DNA of 64,000 nucleotides from Thermoproteota archaeon (GCA_030550585.1 JAUQPB010000004.1:32001-96000); one strand, 5' to 3'; positions 21,103 to 31,756 are shown, numbered from the stretch's first letter. Notes: generated by a model from the sequence alone, not told the origin. Program-made: numbers and translations.

Positions 21103-22293
21103 TCAAATCATCAATAAGATTGTTGTTATGCTCAATGTAATTATTATTGTCAAAACAATTGATTGTATCAGATGTTTTATGTATACGCTACCCAAACTCG
21201 ATTTGAAGTATTTGGCTGAAAGCACGAAGCATGCATGCAAAGGTGATAACATAGCGCCTGTGAAGCCTCCGAGAAAGGCAAGTGTTATTCTATAGCCTTT
21301 CAATAGTGGAAGGATAGATGGGAAGGCAAGTGTTGCAAATGTGAATTCAAATCCCGTGGCAATAACCATTAGAAATGGTATTGCAAAAACAGCTATATCA
21401 GCGTATCGATATAGATGCTGAGCTAGTTGATTTGATAAACCGGATCTTTCTATTACATTGCTGAATATCAATGACTCTATTATGAGCATTGTTATCGTTG
21501 GATCAATTGAATACTTCAATCCATTCTTAATTGCGTATTTTGATGGCTTATGGATAGCAATAAATAATATGATTGTTGTTATTAGCGATAATGGAAGAGG
21601 CATCTTCATAACCATAACCAGCATCGCTATGACTATGAAGGGCCACAGATAGAGTAATCCACTATGACTCCTATGCTTTTCTCTCTTGATACAATTACCA
21701 CTAAATGTAAGCATAATAGGCATTGACTTTATTAATCCACTGGTTAAGGCTCCGACAAATATCGGCCAATTGTAATAGAGTATATCATTAAAGCTCATAT
21801 TAAGTATAGCCGAAGCTAGTATAACAACTTGGTAAAGCGGCCATACGGTTACCCAAACATGTCTAAACCAATAGTTGAGAAATGTTTTGTCTTCAGAGCC
21901 CAATTTGCAATTAGTGTATAGAGGATCTATAATGGTTGCTGAAATATAGGCGCCAGCAGGCATTGGAAGAAGACCTATGATTGCAGGAACAGAAAAAGCT
22001 GCTAATCTAGGGCTGAGAGACTCTAGAGAAGCAACCATTTTATTGCCTATGCCACTAGATCTAAATAAGTCGGCTAGAAACATTGCTAGTATAAGAGACA
22101 AAACTGTGTTTAGAAGAGTCAAATTGAAAGAATCTTTAATTATTTCTATTATTTCCAGACCCTGCAAAGGCAAGGAGTATACTAGTATGGCTAATCCAAT
22201 TGCTATAGCAATGTTGAATCCATATAGTATTAAGATAAAGGCTGACAATGTTGAGATTATAAATAATATTATTGTTAATGACATTAATGTCAC
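21103..22293 (-). CDS. DUF401 family integral membrane protein
   Basis: IGLLPMPAGAYISA, NYWFRHVW..WPLY and SPLHAC motifs; many TM segments. Confidence 0.85.
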   Translation of the reverse strand: MTLMSLTIILFIISTLSAFILILYGFNIAIAIGLAILVYSLPLQGLEIIEIIKDSFNLTLLNTVLSLILAMFLADLFRSSGIGNKMVASLESLSPRLAAFSVPAIIGLLPMPAGAYISATIIDPLYTNCKLGSEDKTFLNYWFRHVWVTVWPLYQVVILASAILNMSFNDILYYNWPIFVGALTSGLIKSMPIMLTFSGNCIKREKHRSHSGLLYLWPFIVIAMLVMVMKMPLPLSLITTIILFIAIHKPSKYAIKNGLKYSIDPTITMLIIESLIFSNVIERSGLSNQLAQHLYRYADIAVFAIPFLMVIATGFEFTFATLAFPSILPLLKGYRITLAFLGGFTGAMLSPLHACFVLSAKYFKSSLGSVYIKHLIQSIVLTIIITLSITTILLMI

Positions 22294-22411
22294 GTGCTAA
22301 ATTCATCGTTTTATTATTTTAAATAGGAATGCAATGAAAATTTAAGCATTTATACAAGAAACGTATGATATAGTCTATTAACTATTAGCTATATTAATAG
22401 GTGAGGAAACT

Positions 22412-23443
22412 ATGCAATACACCCGTCTTGGATGGTCTGGTTTAAAAGTTTCCAGATTTTGCTTAGGAACGATGTCATTTGGTGATCCCAAGCTTCAGAC
22501 TCATGGTGGTGGATGGGTTGTTGGAAAGGAGGAGGCTTTCAAGGTTTTGAAGAAGGCCTGGGATCTCGGAATAAACTTCTTTGACACAGCTAACGTGTAT
22601 TCAAGAGGTAAGTCAGAGGAAATATTGGGCGAATTTGCGCAGGGACTTGATAGAGAGGAGGTAGTTATAGCCACAAAGGTTTACTTTCAGATAGGTTCAG
22701 GCATCAATGATTGGGGGTTGTCTAGAAAACATATTATGAGAGCTGTTAAAGAATCTTTACAGAGACTTAAAACAGATTATATAGATTTGTATCAGATTCA
22801 TAGATGGGATGATACAACACCTATCGAAGAAACACTTTCAGCACTAACTGACTTAGTTAGACAAGGTCTTGTGAGATACATTGGAGCTTCTAGTATGTGG
22901 GGATGGCAATTCGCTAAAATGTATTTTGTGGCTGAGTTTAAGGGATATGAGAAACCTGTTAGTATTCAAACGCCATATAATTTGCTTTATAGAGAAGAGG
23001 AAAGGGAGATAATACCATTTTGCAAAGCTCATAATATAGCATATATGGCATACTCACCAACTGCTGTAGGAGTGCTATCTGGTAAATACTTTAAGGATGG
23101 AAAAATAGTTGTACCGCCAGATGCTCCAGAACGGCTTAGACCAGGTGTTGGCTATTGGTATAAGATCTATGTAGAGCCGCCAGAAAATGCTGAAATACTC
23201 AAAAAAGTTATAGAGATAGCAAAAAATAAAGGTGCCACACCAACACAAATAGCATTGGCATGGCTTTTACACAAAGATGTCATCCCAATAATAGCAACCT
23301 CTAAAGTAGAGCACCTAGAAGAAGATGTTGAAGCTTTAAATATAAAGCTTAAAGAAGATGAGATAAGATATCTTGAAGAACCTTACAAACCAAAGCCTGT
23401 ACTCCATATTACGAAGGTTCAAATACCGCCAGAATTACTATAG
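22412..23443 (+). CDS. Aldo/keto reductase
   Basis: CLGTMSFG, GINFFDTANVY, DYIDLYQIHRWD and RYIGAS motifs. Confidence 0.95.
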   Translation: MQYTRLGWSGLKVSRFCLGTMSFGDPKLQTHGGGWVVGKEEAFKVLKKAWDLGINFFDTANVYSRGKSEEILGEFAQGLDREEVVIATKVYFQIGSGINDWGLSRKHIMRAVKESLQRLKTDYIDLYQIHRWDDTTPIEETLSALTDLVRQGLVRYIGASSMWGWQFAKMYFVAEFKGYEKPVSIQTPYNLLYREEEREIIPFCKAHNIAYMAYSPTAVGVLSGKYFKDGKIVVPPDAPERLRPGVGYWYKIYVEPPENAEILKKVIEIAKNKGATPTQIALAWLLHKDVIPIIATSKVEHLEEDVEALNIKLKEDEIRYLEEPYKPKPVLHITKVQIPPELL

Positions 23444-23687
23444 GTGTAATATCGCATAAACTCTTGATTCATAATTTTAATCTCATTTTTTATTTTTACT
23501 TCACGAGTTATGGAATGTTCTTAAATTCAAAACGATATAGTGCAAACCATAATATTAATGATTTTGAGAAGAGGCTATAGCAATATATAAAAATTTAGCT
23601 CTAGGTTTTGTAACATAAAGTCTTTAATATAGCTCAAGGTTGCGAAACGATTCCTATTAAAACCACTGGTTGTGGTGATATATATAT

Positions 23688-25073
23688 ATGGATGGTAGTG
23701 AGAGGCTTGGCATCTACAGAGATAGAATCCTGAACGGCCCTGTAACAAAGATGCTTATATTGCTTGGCGCACCTCTTATCGTTGTTCAACTAGTCAATAT
23801 ATCTTATAATCTAGCAGATGCCTATTGGCTTTCCCAGTACTCTCCTATTCTTGTAAGCATCCCTAGGCAGATTTGGCCAACTTTCTTTCTTTTTCAGGCT
23901 CTTGCAATGGCTTTGAGTGCTGCAAACCAGACATTGATTTCGCAGTATATTGGCGCTAAAATGTTTGAAGAAGCCGCTAGAATTTCTAGGCAGTATATCA
24001 CAGTTTCGGCTGCTTTAGGGAGTTTCTTTGGGTTTTCATATTATTTGCTTAGACCTTTGATATTTGGTTCTATAACTTCTGTACCCCCAGAAATCTACAA
24101 TGATGTTTTAACCTATTCTGGAATAATATCACTAGATCTTGCGGCAAGCTATTTCGGTATATGCTTTTCAACAATTCTTCAAAGTATTGGAGATACAAAG
24201 ACACCTTCTATAGTAAACGGCGTTTCAGCTACTATAAATATTGTTTTAGATCCTTTAATGATTATGGGAATAGGCCCTTTTCCTCAGATGGGTGTGGCTG
24301 GAGCTGCTATAGCAACTGTTATATCTCGTGCAACTGGAAGTGCACTACTAGTCTATGTAACGATAAAGAGGTTGCCAGCTATAAAAAATATGTTTACAAA
24401 GAATATAGAGCCTTCATGGATAGAATCGATAACTCGTGTTGGAGGACCAATACTTCTGATGAACATCCTAAACTCACTTGCATTTACATTTCAGCTTAGA
24501 CTCGTTAACATGTTTGGCGTTGTCTCGGCAACTGCTTGGGGAATCGGGTTTACAGTTATAGATGTTGCCGATGCAACTTTGTTCGGATTAACACAGGCAA
24601 CAGCTATTACAGTTGGTCAGTGTCTTGGTGCTCAGCAAATTGGGAAGGCCAAGCAGTATGCAAACAAATCCAATGTTTTGGTCGGTTTAAGTGTCGGTTT
24701 GGGAGCGTTAATCGCATATCTAATTAAGAGAAACATAATATCCTTGTTTCTATCAAATAACGATCCGCTAGCAGACGATATATTCCTTGAAACAGAAAAC
24801 TTCTTAAACTATGCTATTCTAACCCTGCCATTCTTTGGCTTGTTCTTCGTCGGAATGTCTGTTGGGAGAGGCTCTGGACACACAGTATACCCAACTATAA
24901 TCGGTATTGTAAGGCTATGGGTAATAAGAATAGGTTTTGGATACATCTTGTCGCTGTCACTAGGATCGACAGGAATATGGATTGCATTTGCATTGAGCAA
25001 CATATTCTCAGGCATAGCCTCTTTACTATGGGTTCTTAAGGGGTCTTGGGCAAAGCCTATCATAAAAACATAG
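23688..25073 (+). CDS. MATE family efflux transporter
   Basis: YNLADAYW, GDTKTP, NIVLDPL and GVAGAAIATVIS motifs; about 12 TM segments. Confidence 0.93.
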   Translation: MDGSERLGIYRDRILNGPVTKMLILLGAPLIVVQLVNISYNLADAYWLSQYSPILVSIPRQIWPTFFLFQALAMALSAANQTLISQYIGAKMFEEAARISRQYITVSAALGSFFGFSYYLLRPLIFGSITSVPPEIYNDVLTYSGIISLDLAASYFGICFSTILQSIGDTKTPSIVNGVSATINIVLDPLMIMGIGPFPQMGVAGAAIATVISRATGSALLVYVTIKRLPAIKNMFTKNIEPSWIESITRVGGPILLMNILNSLAFTFQLRLVNMFGVVSATAWGIGFTVIDVADATLFGLTQATAITVGQCLGAQQIGKAKQYANKSNVLVGLSVGLGALIAYLIKRNIISLFLSNNDPLADDIFLETENFLNYAILTLPFFGLFFVGMSVGRGSGHTVYPTIIGIVRLWVIRIGFGYILSLSLGSTGIWIAFALSNIFSGIASLLWVLKGSWAKPIIKT

Positions 25074-25074
25074 C

Positions 25075-25629
25075 TCAATACTCAACCTTATTGGTGTCAA
25101 GCCAGTAAACAGTGAAAATACCCGCATAATTCTGCTTAAAGAATGTGTACATGTTATGACAATGAGGGCACGTGGTCAAACCGAACATTATAATGTGCGG
25201 ACCGCTTCCACTTACAATACTCTTCAGCAATTCGTTTAACCTACTTTCATTTATATTCACATAACCTATTACAGTCTGTCCAGTATAAACAGGTATCTGT
25301 ACCACTCCAGCGCTCTTCTTGGCTTGTAAAGACAATATAGAGTCCCAGAAGGTTTTGTTCACTATTTCACCTATTTCAATTGCTGTTACAGTATTGTTGT
25401 TCACTATAACGATATGTGGAACTACATAGACAAGGCTTTCTTGTATGTTGCTTGACAGTTCTGCTTCTACCAAAGCTTGCCAGAAAGCTTTGTATGCGTT
25501 GTTAGTTGTGTTAGCTGTGTTATGAAGAGAGAGAAGAATCCATATGACTGCGATAACAGCTATTATTGCTATCAAGGATATGATTAATGGTCTAGCCTTG
25601 CTTTTCTTTCTAATCCTAGCTTTTTTCAT
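25075..25629 (-). CDS. Membrane-anchored glutaredoxin/thioredoxin-like protein, apparently circularly permuted
   Basis: Basic N-terminus plus TM helix. The VPHIVIV...IEIGE segment comes before IIMFGLTTCPHC, which lies near the C-terminus. Confidence 0.7.
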   Translation of the reverse strand: MKKARIRKKSKARPLIISLIAIIAVIAVIWILLSLHNTANTTNNAYKAFWQALVEAELSSNIQESLVYVVPHIVIVNNNTVTAIEIGEIVNKTFWDSILSLQAKKSAGVVQIPVYTGQTVIGYVNINESRLNELLKSIVSGSGPHIIMFGLTTCPHCHNMYTFFKQNYAGIFTVYWLDTNKVEY

Positions 25630-25747
25630 TGGTTTTGACCCTGGATAGGTTTCACATCTCCAGATAATAACATTATGTGTTCGTGTGTCACATTGCAATA
25701 GCTTAATATTTTGTGGTAGAGTTTCGTGCTGTAGGGTTGGAAGATAT

Positions 25748-26536
25748 ATGATGAGAGCAGATCTCAGAAATCTTAAAGATGTTAGGAACATTGTTGCAGT
25801 TATGAGTGGGAAGGGTGGTGTTGGAAAGTCGTTTGTATCAGCGGCATTGGCAATAGCTTTTAGAGAGCTTGGCTATAGCGTTGCTATACTCGATGCGGAT
25901 ATACATGGGCCTAGCATTCCCTGGATGCTAGGTGTCGAGTCAGGGTCTATGGGAGCCTCAATAGATGGGAGCATAGTACCTTTAGATGTAGACGGTATTG
26001 CAGTGGCTTCATTCGAGCTTTTGCTACCGTCGAGAGAGAGCCCCATTGTTTGGAGGGGCCCTTTAAAGACTAGGGCTATACTCGAGCTTGTATCTAAAAC
26101 TAGTTGGGGCTACAGAGACTTTATGGTTGTTGACATGCCTCCTGGGACGGGAGACGAGCATTTGACAATAGCCCAGTTCCTCAAACCCTTTGTCAAGGGA
26201 GCTGTCCTAGTTCTGACGCCAGGTGACCTAGTTCTCCATGTTGTTAGAAAGGCTAGGGAGTTCCTGAAGGGGGTTGGCATAGATCTTTTAGGGGCTATAG
26301 TAAACATGGCCTACTTTAGATGCCCGGTTTGCGGAACCATCCACAAAATATTTGGCGAATACAGTGCAGAGGACATTCAAATACTTGCTGAGATACCGAT
26401 AAAACCGGAGCTGGCACAAGCTATAAACAGGGGGGAGATAATCAAATATTTGAAGAGCTTTGATAGAGAATTGCTCGAAACATTTATTGAGGTTGCAAAA
26501 AAGATTGCAAGTAAGGTTGCTCCCTCAACCACATAG
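25748..26536 (+). CDS. Mrp/NBP35 (ApbC) Fe-S cluster carrier ATPase
   Basis: SGKGGVGKS, DADIHGPS, VWRGP, DMPPGTGD and CPVCG motifs. Confidence 0.93.
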   Translation: MMRADLRNLKDVRNIVAVMSGKGGVGKSFVSAALAIAFRELGYSVAILDADIHGPSIPWMLGVESGSMGASIDGSIVPLDVDGIAVASFELLLPSRESPIVWRGPLKTRAILELVSKTSWGYRDFMVVDMPPGTGDEHLTIAQFLKPFVKGAVLVLTPGDLVLHVVRKAREFLKGVGIDLLGAIVNMAYFRCPVCGTIHKIFGEYSAEDIQILAEIPIKPELAQAINRGEIIKYLKSFDRELLETFIEVAKKIASKVAPSTT

Positions 26537-26570
26537 CAAATTTTCCAATACCATCCATTTTTAAACAATG

Positions 26571-27230
26571 CTATGCAGATTCCTCGAATTCCTTATATAT
26601 ATCTGCAAACCTTCTTATTAGCGGGGACTGCCTGATTATATCCATGGCGCTCCTCGGCTTCTTTGCAAAGAGTATCTCATAGATGTTTTGGTGCCTGTAC
26701 AGTGTAGCTGCAATACATTTTGTTAGGGTAAGTACCGATGTTGGTGATAGTGGATCTGAGGCAAAGGTCTCTAGACAGTCTTTGAAGTATGGATTTTCGA
26801 AGATGGCTATCTTGGCCATTGTGACCACATTGATTCTGAGAATAACTCTATCGCTGTATGCACCCTCGAGATATATCCTCAAAACATGGCTTCTAGGAGT
26901 AATACCGCAGTTGACAAGATCGCAGTCAAGCACATCAACATATGTATTCGTGTTTTCAATTCTATACGCCTCCTCAATACCGTGATAGAGAAACAGTTTG
27001 AAAGAACCGAACTTGCTACGGTAGATCTCAACACCGTTATACCTGTTTATAATATTCTCTATAGCCCTCCAAAAACTTGTCTTTGCAGAATAGTTGTGCA
27101 GCCCATAGCTATCCAACATACCCGATGTCAGGCATGGAGGGTCTAAACAGCGAAGATTATACTTAACACAGTTAATTGTCTGGTCATAAACACCTCTAGC
27201 CACTATCTTCACAATATCCACTATCTTCAC
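26571..27230 (-). CDS. Hypothetical protein
   Basis: 219-aa ORF with genome-like composition; no family recognised. Confidence 0.7.
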   Translation of the reverse strand: MKIVDIVKIVARGVYDQTINCVKYNLRCLDPPCLTSGMLDSYGLHNYSAKTSFWRAIENIINRYNGVEIYRSKFGSFKLFLYHGIEEAYRIENTNTYVDVLDCDLVNCGITPRSHVLRIYLEGAYSDRVILRINVVTMAKIAIFENPYFKDCLETFASDPLSPTSVLTLTKCIAATLYRHQNIYEILFAKKPRSAMDIIRQSPLIRRFADIYKEFEESA

Positions 27231-27544
27231 TTTTCAAACCCAGTAAAATTTCTCTTGAAGCAGTTTTATAAACTTCTATGGAATGCTCTCCAAAGCTCTA
27301 GTAATACAGTTATTGGAAACACAAATTCATTTTAATTTGAAAACCATTTAGTAGCTTAAAAATGTTAGAATGTGGTTAGACTATGTGGTCTCACTTAAAG
27401 TGCCAGTTAAAGTTTTTTGTTTAGACCAAAGCGACACTGGTTTGGTGATCGAATAGACAAAGCATGTTTAGCATCGCCTCTGAGGTATATGGTGGCGGAA
27501 TAAGGACGATGCTATATATGGTGAAGCATATCAACATAGTTAAA

Positions 27545-28657
27545 TCAAGCTATTTGCTCTTTCTCCTCAACAAGCTTTTCATGCAGAATTGTTGTCAATG
27601 CTATTAGAGCTGATGAGAGTGCATACTCTGTTGAGATCACTATGCCGGGCGCCACATCTAGTACAAAGTTTGCGTATCTGAAGAGGCTTGTTGGAACACC
27701 CTCTCTAGCGCCAATCATGATATTGATTCTTTTCCCTTTTTTCAGCGAGCTCATTACAAATTCTGCAACCTCGTTTGACACCCTTGAAATAGGCTCTCCC
27801 TCTGGCTCGAATATTATTAGCGGTTCGCCTATTCTCGACCTAACGAACTGGTACATGTCTTGGACCATGACCTTGGTTTTCACAACCTCTCTTCCATAGC
27901 TCTTTCTCTGTATCTCATATCTCGATTCTATCCCTTCGAACAGCCCCCTCAAAAAGTTGTATAGGCTGTAGGCATCGACAGGGCCTATTGGTGCTACAAC
28001 AAGTTCTCCAACCTCGTAGGTCTGCACCTCCCTACCTATTCTAGTCCCAAATGTGTATGCTGCATCGGCGGGGCCTAGATATGGCTCGTGAGCAACAACA
28101 AGCTTGTTGAATATTCTGTGCATGGGGTATTTATAGGGCTTCATCTTCTTGTAGAACTCGCTGCCCGGAACAATGCTTATATATGCATAGTCCTTGATTA
28201 TCTGAATCACAATAACCTTATCAGGGTTCTCCAGATCCACCCTGGCATTGGTCATCTCCTTTACAGTTGCCCCGACAGCCACATTGACATCTATGCTTGT
28301 GAAGCTGTGTGTGCCCCTTCTAGTTGTTCTAACAGCAAAGCTGTCGCTAGGGGATATGAGGTTCTTCACAACGCTTTTCACAGCATCTACAATGCTATTG
28401 ACATCGGCTTTCGAACATGTTAAAACGGTATAGATTTTCTCTGCTTCTGGAACCCTTCTTCTAATCTCTTCTGCAAAAACGCTCTTGTCCCTAACGCCAT
28501 AGACGATGACGAGACCCATGAAATTGTCGGGGGCTGGAACAGCCTTTGCATTGGGATCCAGCTCCGCTATGTATGAGGCTACTACCCTCTCCATGCCAAG
28601 CCTACAAGTAACTATTATGTCTACACAGCCCTCGTAATCAAATCGCATTTTAGCCAA
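27545..28657 (-). CDS. THUMP + SPOUT domain RNA methyltransferase
   Basis: THUMP segment SFAVRTTRRG...VDLENPD and SPOUT knot IGAREGVP...DVAPGIVISTE. Confidence 0.85.
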   Translation of the reverse strand: MAKMRFDYEGCVDIIVTCRLGMERVVASYIAELDPNAKAVPAPDNFMGLVIVYGVRDKSVFAEEIRRRVPEAEKIYTVLTCSKADVNSIVDAVKSVVKNLISPSDSFAVRTTRRGTHSFTSIDVNVAVGATVKEMTNARVDLENPDKVIVIQIIKDYAYISIVPGSEFYKKMKPYKYPMHRIFNKLVVAHEPYLGPADAAYTFGTRIGREVQTYEVGELVVAPIGPVDAYSLYNFLRGLFEGIESRYEIQRKSYGREVVKTKVMVQDMYQFVRSRIGEPLIIFEPEGEPISRVSNEVAEFVMSSLKKGKRINIMIGAREGVPTSLFRYANFVLDVAPGIVISTEYALSSALIALTTILHEKLVEEKEQIA

Positions 28658-28755
28658 CCCAAGCAGACAACGCTGTATACCGGTTTAATGCTTCTACTAC
28701 TAAAAGATTTAAAAATGTGGAGAACACACAGTACTACTGGGTAGGGGGTCTGTAT

Positions 28756-29247
28756 ATGGTTATAACAATCAGGAGGCTTATCCAAATTATCGCCTCATTT
28801 AAAGATAGGGAGTTCTCCCTTGAAGACCTCATCTCTAGAGGTAACATATCTCCCAATACTGCAAAGAGGTATGTAAGAGAGATGCTGAGGCAGGGCCTGA
28901 TTAGAGAGGTCGGATATAACAAGTATGTGGTTTCTGACAAAGCAACAATATATATGGAGGCTTTTGACACAGCCAAAAAGTTTGTTGAGGAAAGACTTGC
29001 ATATATATTCACAGACGAGAAGGATTCCCCGCTACCACTGAAAATAGATAGCATTGAAAAACTGTATATAGCGATAAAACATGGTTTTATACCAGAAAAG
29101 GATGTTATGAGACATATAGAGAAGGGCTATCTACCAAAATGGCTTTCTGAAACGCTAGGCGCTAAAATGCTTGCCCAAAAGCTTCAGCAATGTAAAAGTG
29201 TGGGCGAGGTTATAAAGATATTGGAAGAGTATATGAAATTAGCTTAG
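28756..29247 (+). CDS. Winged-HTH domain protein
   Basis: N-terminal wHTH pattern (ISPNTAKRYVREMLRQGLIREV) and a helical C-terminal domain. Confidence 0.7.
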   Translation: MVITIRRLIQIIASFKDREFSLEDLISRGNISPNTAKRYVREMLRQGLIREVGYNKYVVSDKATIYMEAFDTAKKFVEERLAYIFTDEKDSPLPLKIDSIEKLYIAIKHGFIPEKDVMRHIEKGYLPKWLSETLGAKMLAQKLQQCKSVGEVIKILEEYMKLA

Positions 29248-29332
29248 ATTTGCCCAAAGCTTCTACGACAATATCTTTGCAATTTATTTAGCGATACAGT
29301 ACCGTGTGTTTGACCATCCTCTATTTTGTTTG

Positions 29333-30055
29333 TTACGGCTTGACAGTATAATATAACCTCTTTTTGTTTCTTCCCTTGTTTTCTGCCTTCAGAAAGACTA
29401 TCTCCCCTATCTCCCTCGTGTTTCTCACATGAGGCCCTCCATCTGCTTGTATGTCAACCCCTGGTATCTCAACTATTCTGAGAACATCTATCTCAGGCGG
29501 CATTCTAGACGCTAGCTTCACTATCCCCGGTATCTTCATAGCCTCTTCCCTCTTCAGCCAGTATATCTTGACCTCGATCCCCTGCTGAACAACCTGGTTA
29601 GCTTTATTCACAGCATCTTTAAATATTTCTGGATTGAATTGCTCCAAGCTGTAGTCGTCATATGCCTTCTCTGGGTCTATGTTACCGCCTGTAATCAGCG
29701 CTCCATAATCTCTATACATAATTGCTGAGAGTATGTGTGCAGCTGTGTGCATTCTCATTATTCTGTATCTCCTATCCCAGTCTATAACACCTCTAACCTC
29801 ATCACCGGCAACAATATCGTGGTTTTCGGACTCTAGATAGTGTAGAACCTCGCCACTATCCTTATCCATGACAACTTTAACAACCCTATAGCCCTTACCG
29901 CCCTTGTAGATATAGCCAGTATCATGCTCCAAGCCACCGCTTCGAGGGTTGAAAGCTGTTTTATCTAAGACTATAACCTCTTTATCAACTCTTTTCACAG
30001 TTGCTGTAAACTCTTTCAAGTAGCTATCTTTTTGGTATAGCAAATCTGTAGCCAC
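29333..30055 (-). CDS. alaXM: Alanyl-tRNA editing protein AlaX-M
   Basis: LLYQKDSYLKEF, MRMHTAAHILS and QADGGPHV motifs. GTG start at 30055. Confidence 0.92.
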   Translation of the reverse strand: MATDLLYQKDSYLKEFTATVKRVDKEVIVLDKTAFNPRSGGLEHDTGYIYKGGKGYRVVKVVMDKDSGEVLHYLESENHDIVAGDEVRGVIDWDRRYRIMRMHTAAHILSAIMYRDYGALITGGNIDPEKAYDDYSLEQFNPEIFKDAVNKANQVVQQGIEVKIYWLKREEAMKIPGIVKLASRMPPEIDVLRIVEIPGVDIQADGGPHVRNTREIGEIVFLKAENKGRNKKRLYYTVKP

Positions 30056-30134
30056 AGAAAGTCGCCTAGAGATAGGGTATTCAGTACAGCAAAGTTTATA
30101 TAGATGCTTCGCCCTTAACTCTTTGGTGCTGTAT

Positions 30135-31175
30135 ATGCTTTCCAAACACCCACTCGACTTGCCTGTTGGCAGGAAGCTGACTAGGGAAGAGGTTGCAGAG
30201 GCTCTTAGGCTTGCTGTAATAGCCGAGCTTGATGCTATCAACCTCTATCTACAGCTTGCCAGAGCCATTGAAGATGAGAAGATTAGAAAGGTTTTCGAGG
30301 ATATTGCCAAAGAGGAGAAAACACATGTTGGCGAGTTTCTAGCGGTTTTAAAGTCTTTGGATAGCGAGCAGGTTGAGGAGCTTAGAAAAGGTGCTGAAGA
30401 GGTCAGTAGGTTAACTGGACTTGAATTTAAGGATCCTCCAAATAATGGCTCTGAGGATGTGTGGAAGGGTGTTTTGGATGTTATTGCAAAGACTGTTGAC
30501 TCTGTTAGGATCTTTAGAAAGTACCTGCCTGTAACAGTTGTTGGCAGAGGTGTTGACGGAGTTCCGCTAGAGGCTGTTGGCTCTGGCACCAGAGTTGTGA
30601 TACCCTTGGAGGAGATAAGCGTTGAGTTTAAGGTTTCGCAGAGATCTGTTGACTATGGAGAGGTCTACAAGCTTCCTACAGAGCTTGGCGATGGCTATAG
30701 AGCTGCTGTAGAATTCGCCTCAATGGAGGATAGATTCATACTCGAAAAGCTGCTGAAGCTCTCAAACACTATAAAACTCGATATTGGTAGCTGGGACGAG
30801 CCAGGACAAGCACTGCGAGAGGTTTCAGAAGCTATATCGAAAATGCTTGGAGGTGGTGTTAGAGAGCCATTCATATTATTCGTAAGTCCTGCTAGATATG
30901 CAAAGCTGTTGGCTGTTCACGAAAGGACAGGCGTGATGGAGATAACAAGGATTAAAGGCATTGTGAAAGAAGTTGTTGCCACACCGATACTACCAGATGA
31001 TACAGCACTACTTGTATCTGCCAACCCATATGTTCTAGATGTTGTCGTTGGCGTGGATACAAAAATAGACTATCTCGGACCTGAAAACGGCTATCACAAA
31101 CTGAGGATATGGGAGACAATAGCTGTTAGACCAAGAATGGAAAAGGGAATTGCAGTACTGAAGCAGGTAAAGTAG
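30135..31175 (+). CDS. Ferritin-like (Flp) domain fused to a family 1 encapsulin shell protein
   Basis: N-terminal AELDAINLYLQ...EEKTHVGEF di-iron motifs, followed by a Linocin-M18/encapsulin-like domain (RKYLPV..VGRG, EDRFIL, YLGPE..HKLRIWET). Same architecture as Pyrococcus PfV. Confidence 0.9.
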   Translation: MLSKHPLDLPVGRKLTREEVAEALRLAVIAELDAINLYLQLARAIEDEKIRKVFEDIAKEEKTHVGEFLAVLKSLDSEQVEELRKGAEEVSRLTGLEFKDPPNNGSEDVWKGVLDVIAKTVDSVRIFRKYLPVTVVGRGVDGVPLEAVGSGTRVVIPLEEISVEFKVSQRSVDYGEVYKLPTELGDGYRAAVEFASMEDRFILEKLLKLSNTIKLDIGSWDEPGQALREVSEAISKMLGGGVREPFILFVSPARYAKLLAVHERTGVMEITRIKGIVKEVVATPILPDDTALLVSANPYVLDVVVGVDTKIDYLGPENGYHKLRIWETIAVRPRMEKGIAVLKQVK

Positions 31176-31294
31176 TGCTCATCAGCCTTGAAACACCTCA
31201 TCACATATCAATCAGTGTTCACAGCCATCATCACAGCAGCTGTTTTCCAATCAAAATTTTTAATATTTTAAAGCATATATTTCTCTTGATTAAA

Positions 31295-31756
31295 ATGGGC
31301 ATCATCGAGGATATTGAGAAGAGGATTCTAAGGGCAATGATAATCTTCGTGGTTTTGCCTCCCACACCAATTATAATAGCCGTCATAATTTTTTCATATA
31401 TACTGAAAAGCATTAGCCTATTGCTAAACACATTGATTATTTTAACACCTATCATAGCATTATTCACAATTTTGAAGATATGGCTATGGAAAACAACATA
31501 TATTGAGCCCATCAAGAATCTTGAGAAACACATAAAGAATTTGAAGAATCTGGGATATCAAATAGATGACTCTACATATGTTGTTCTCCCTATAAACACA
31601 GCTGTTATCACAGTCAAAAGCTATAGCGATATACCGAAAAACCATGTATACAAGGTGGCAGCTGTAGAGACTGGGAGAAGAGGATACATAGCATTAATAG
31701 GCATTGCAAATGAAAATAACCAGATATATGATCTAACCAAGGTGAGGCCGCAGTAA
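31295..31756 (+). CDS. Hypothetical membrane protein (2 TM)
   Basis: ORF with two hydrophobic helices; ATG at 31295. Confidence 0.6.
   Translation: MGIIEDIEKRILRAMIIFVVLPPTPIIIAVIIFSYILKSISLLLNTLIILTPIIALFTILKIWLWKTTYIEPIKNLEKHIKNLKNLGYQIDDSTYVVLPINTAVITVKSYSDIPKNHVYKVAAVETGRRGYIALIGIANENNQIYDLTKVRPQ

Noticed and set aside
27231-27544. Intergenic stretch with short ORFs (e.g. MWLDYVVSLKVP...)
   Set aside because: No RBS, motif or RNA structure supports a call.
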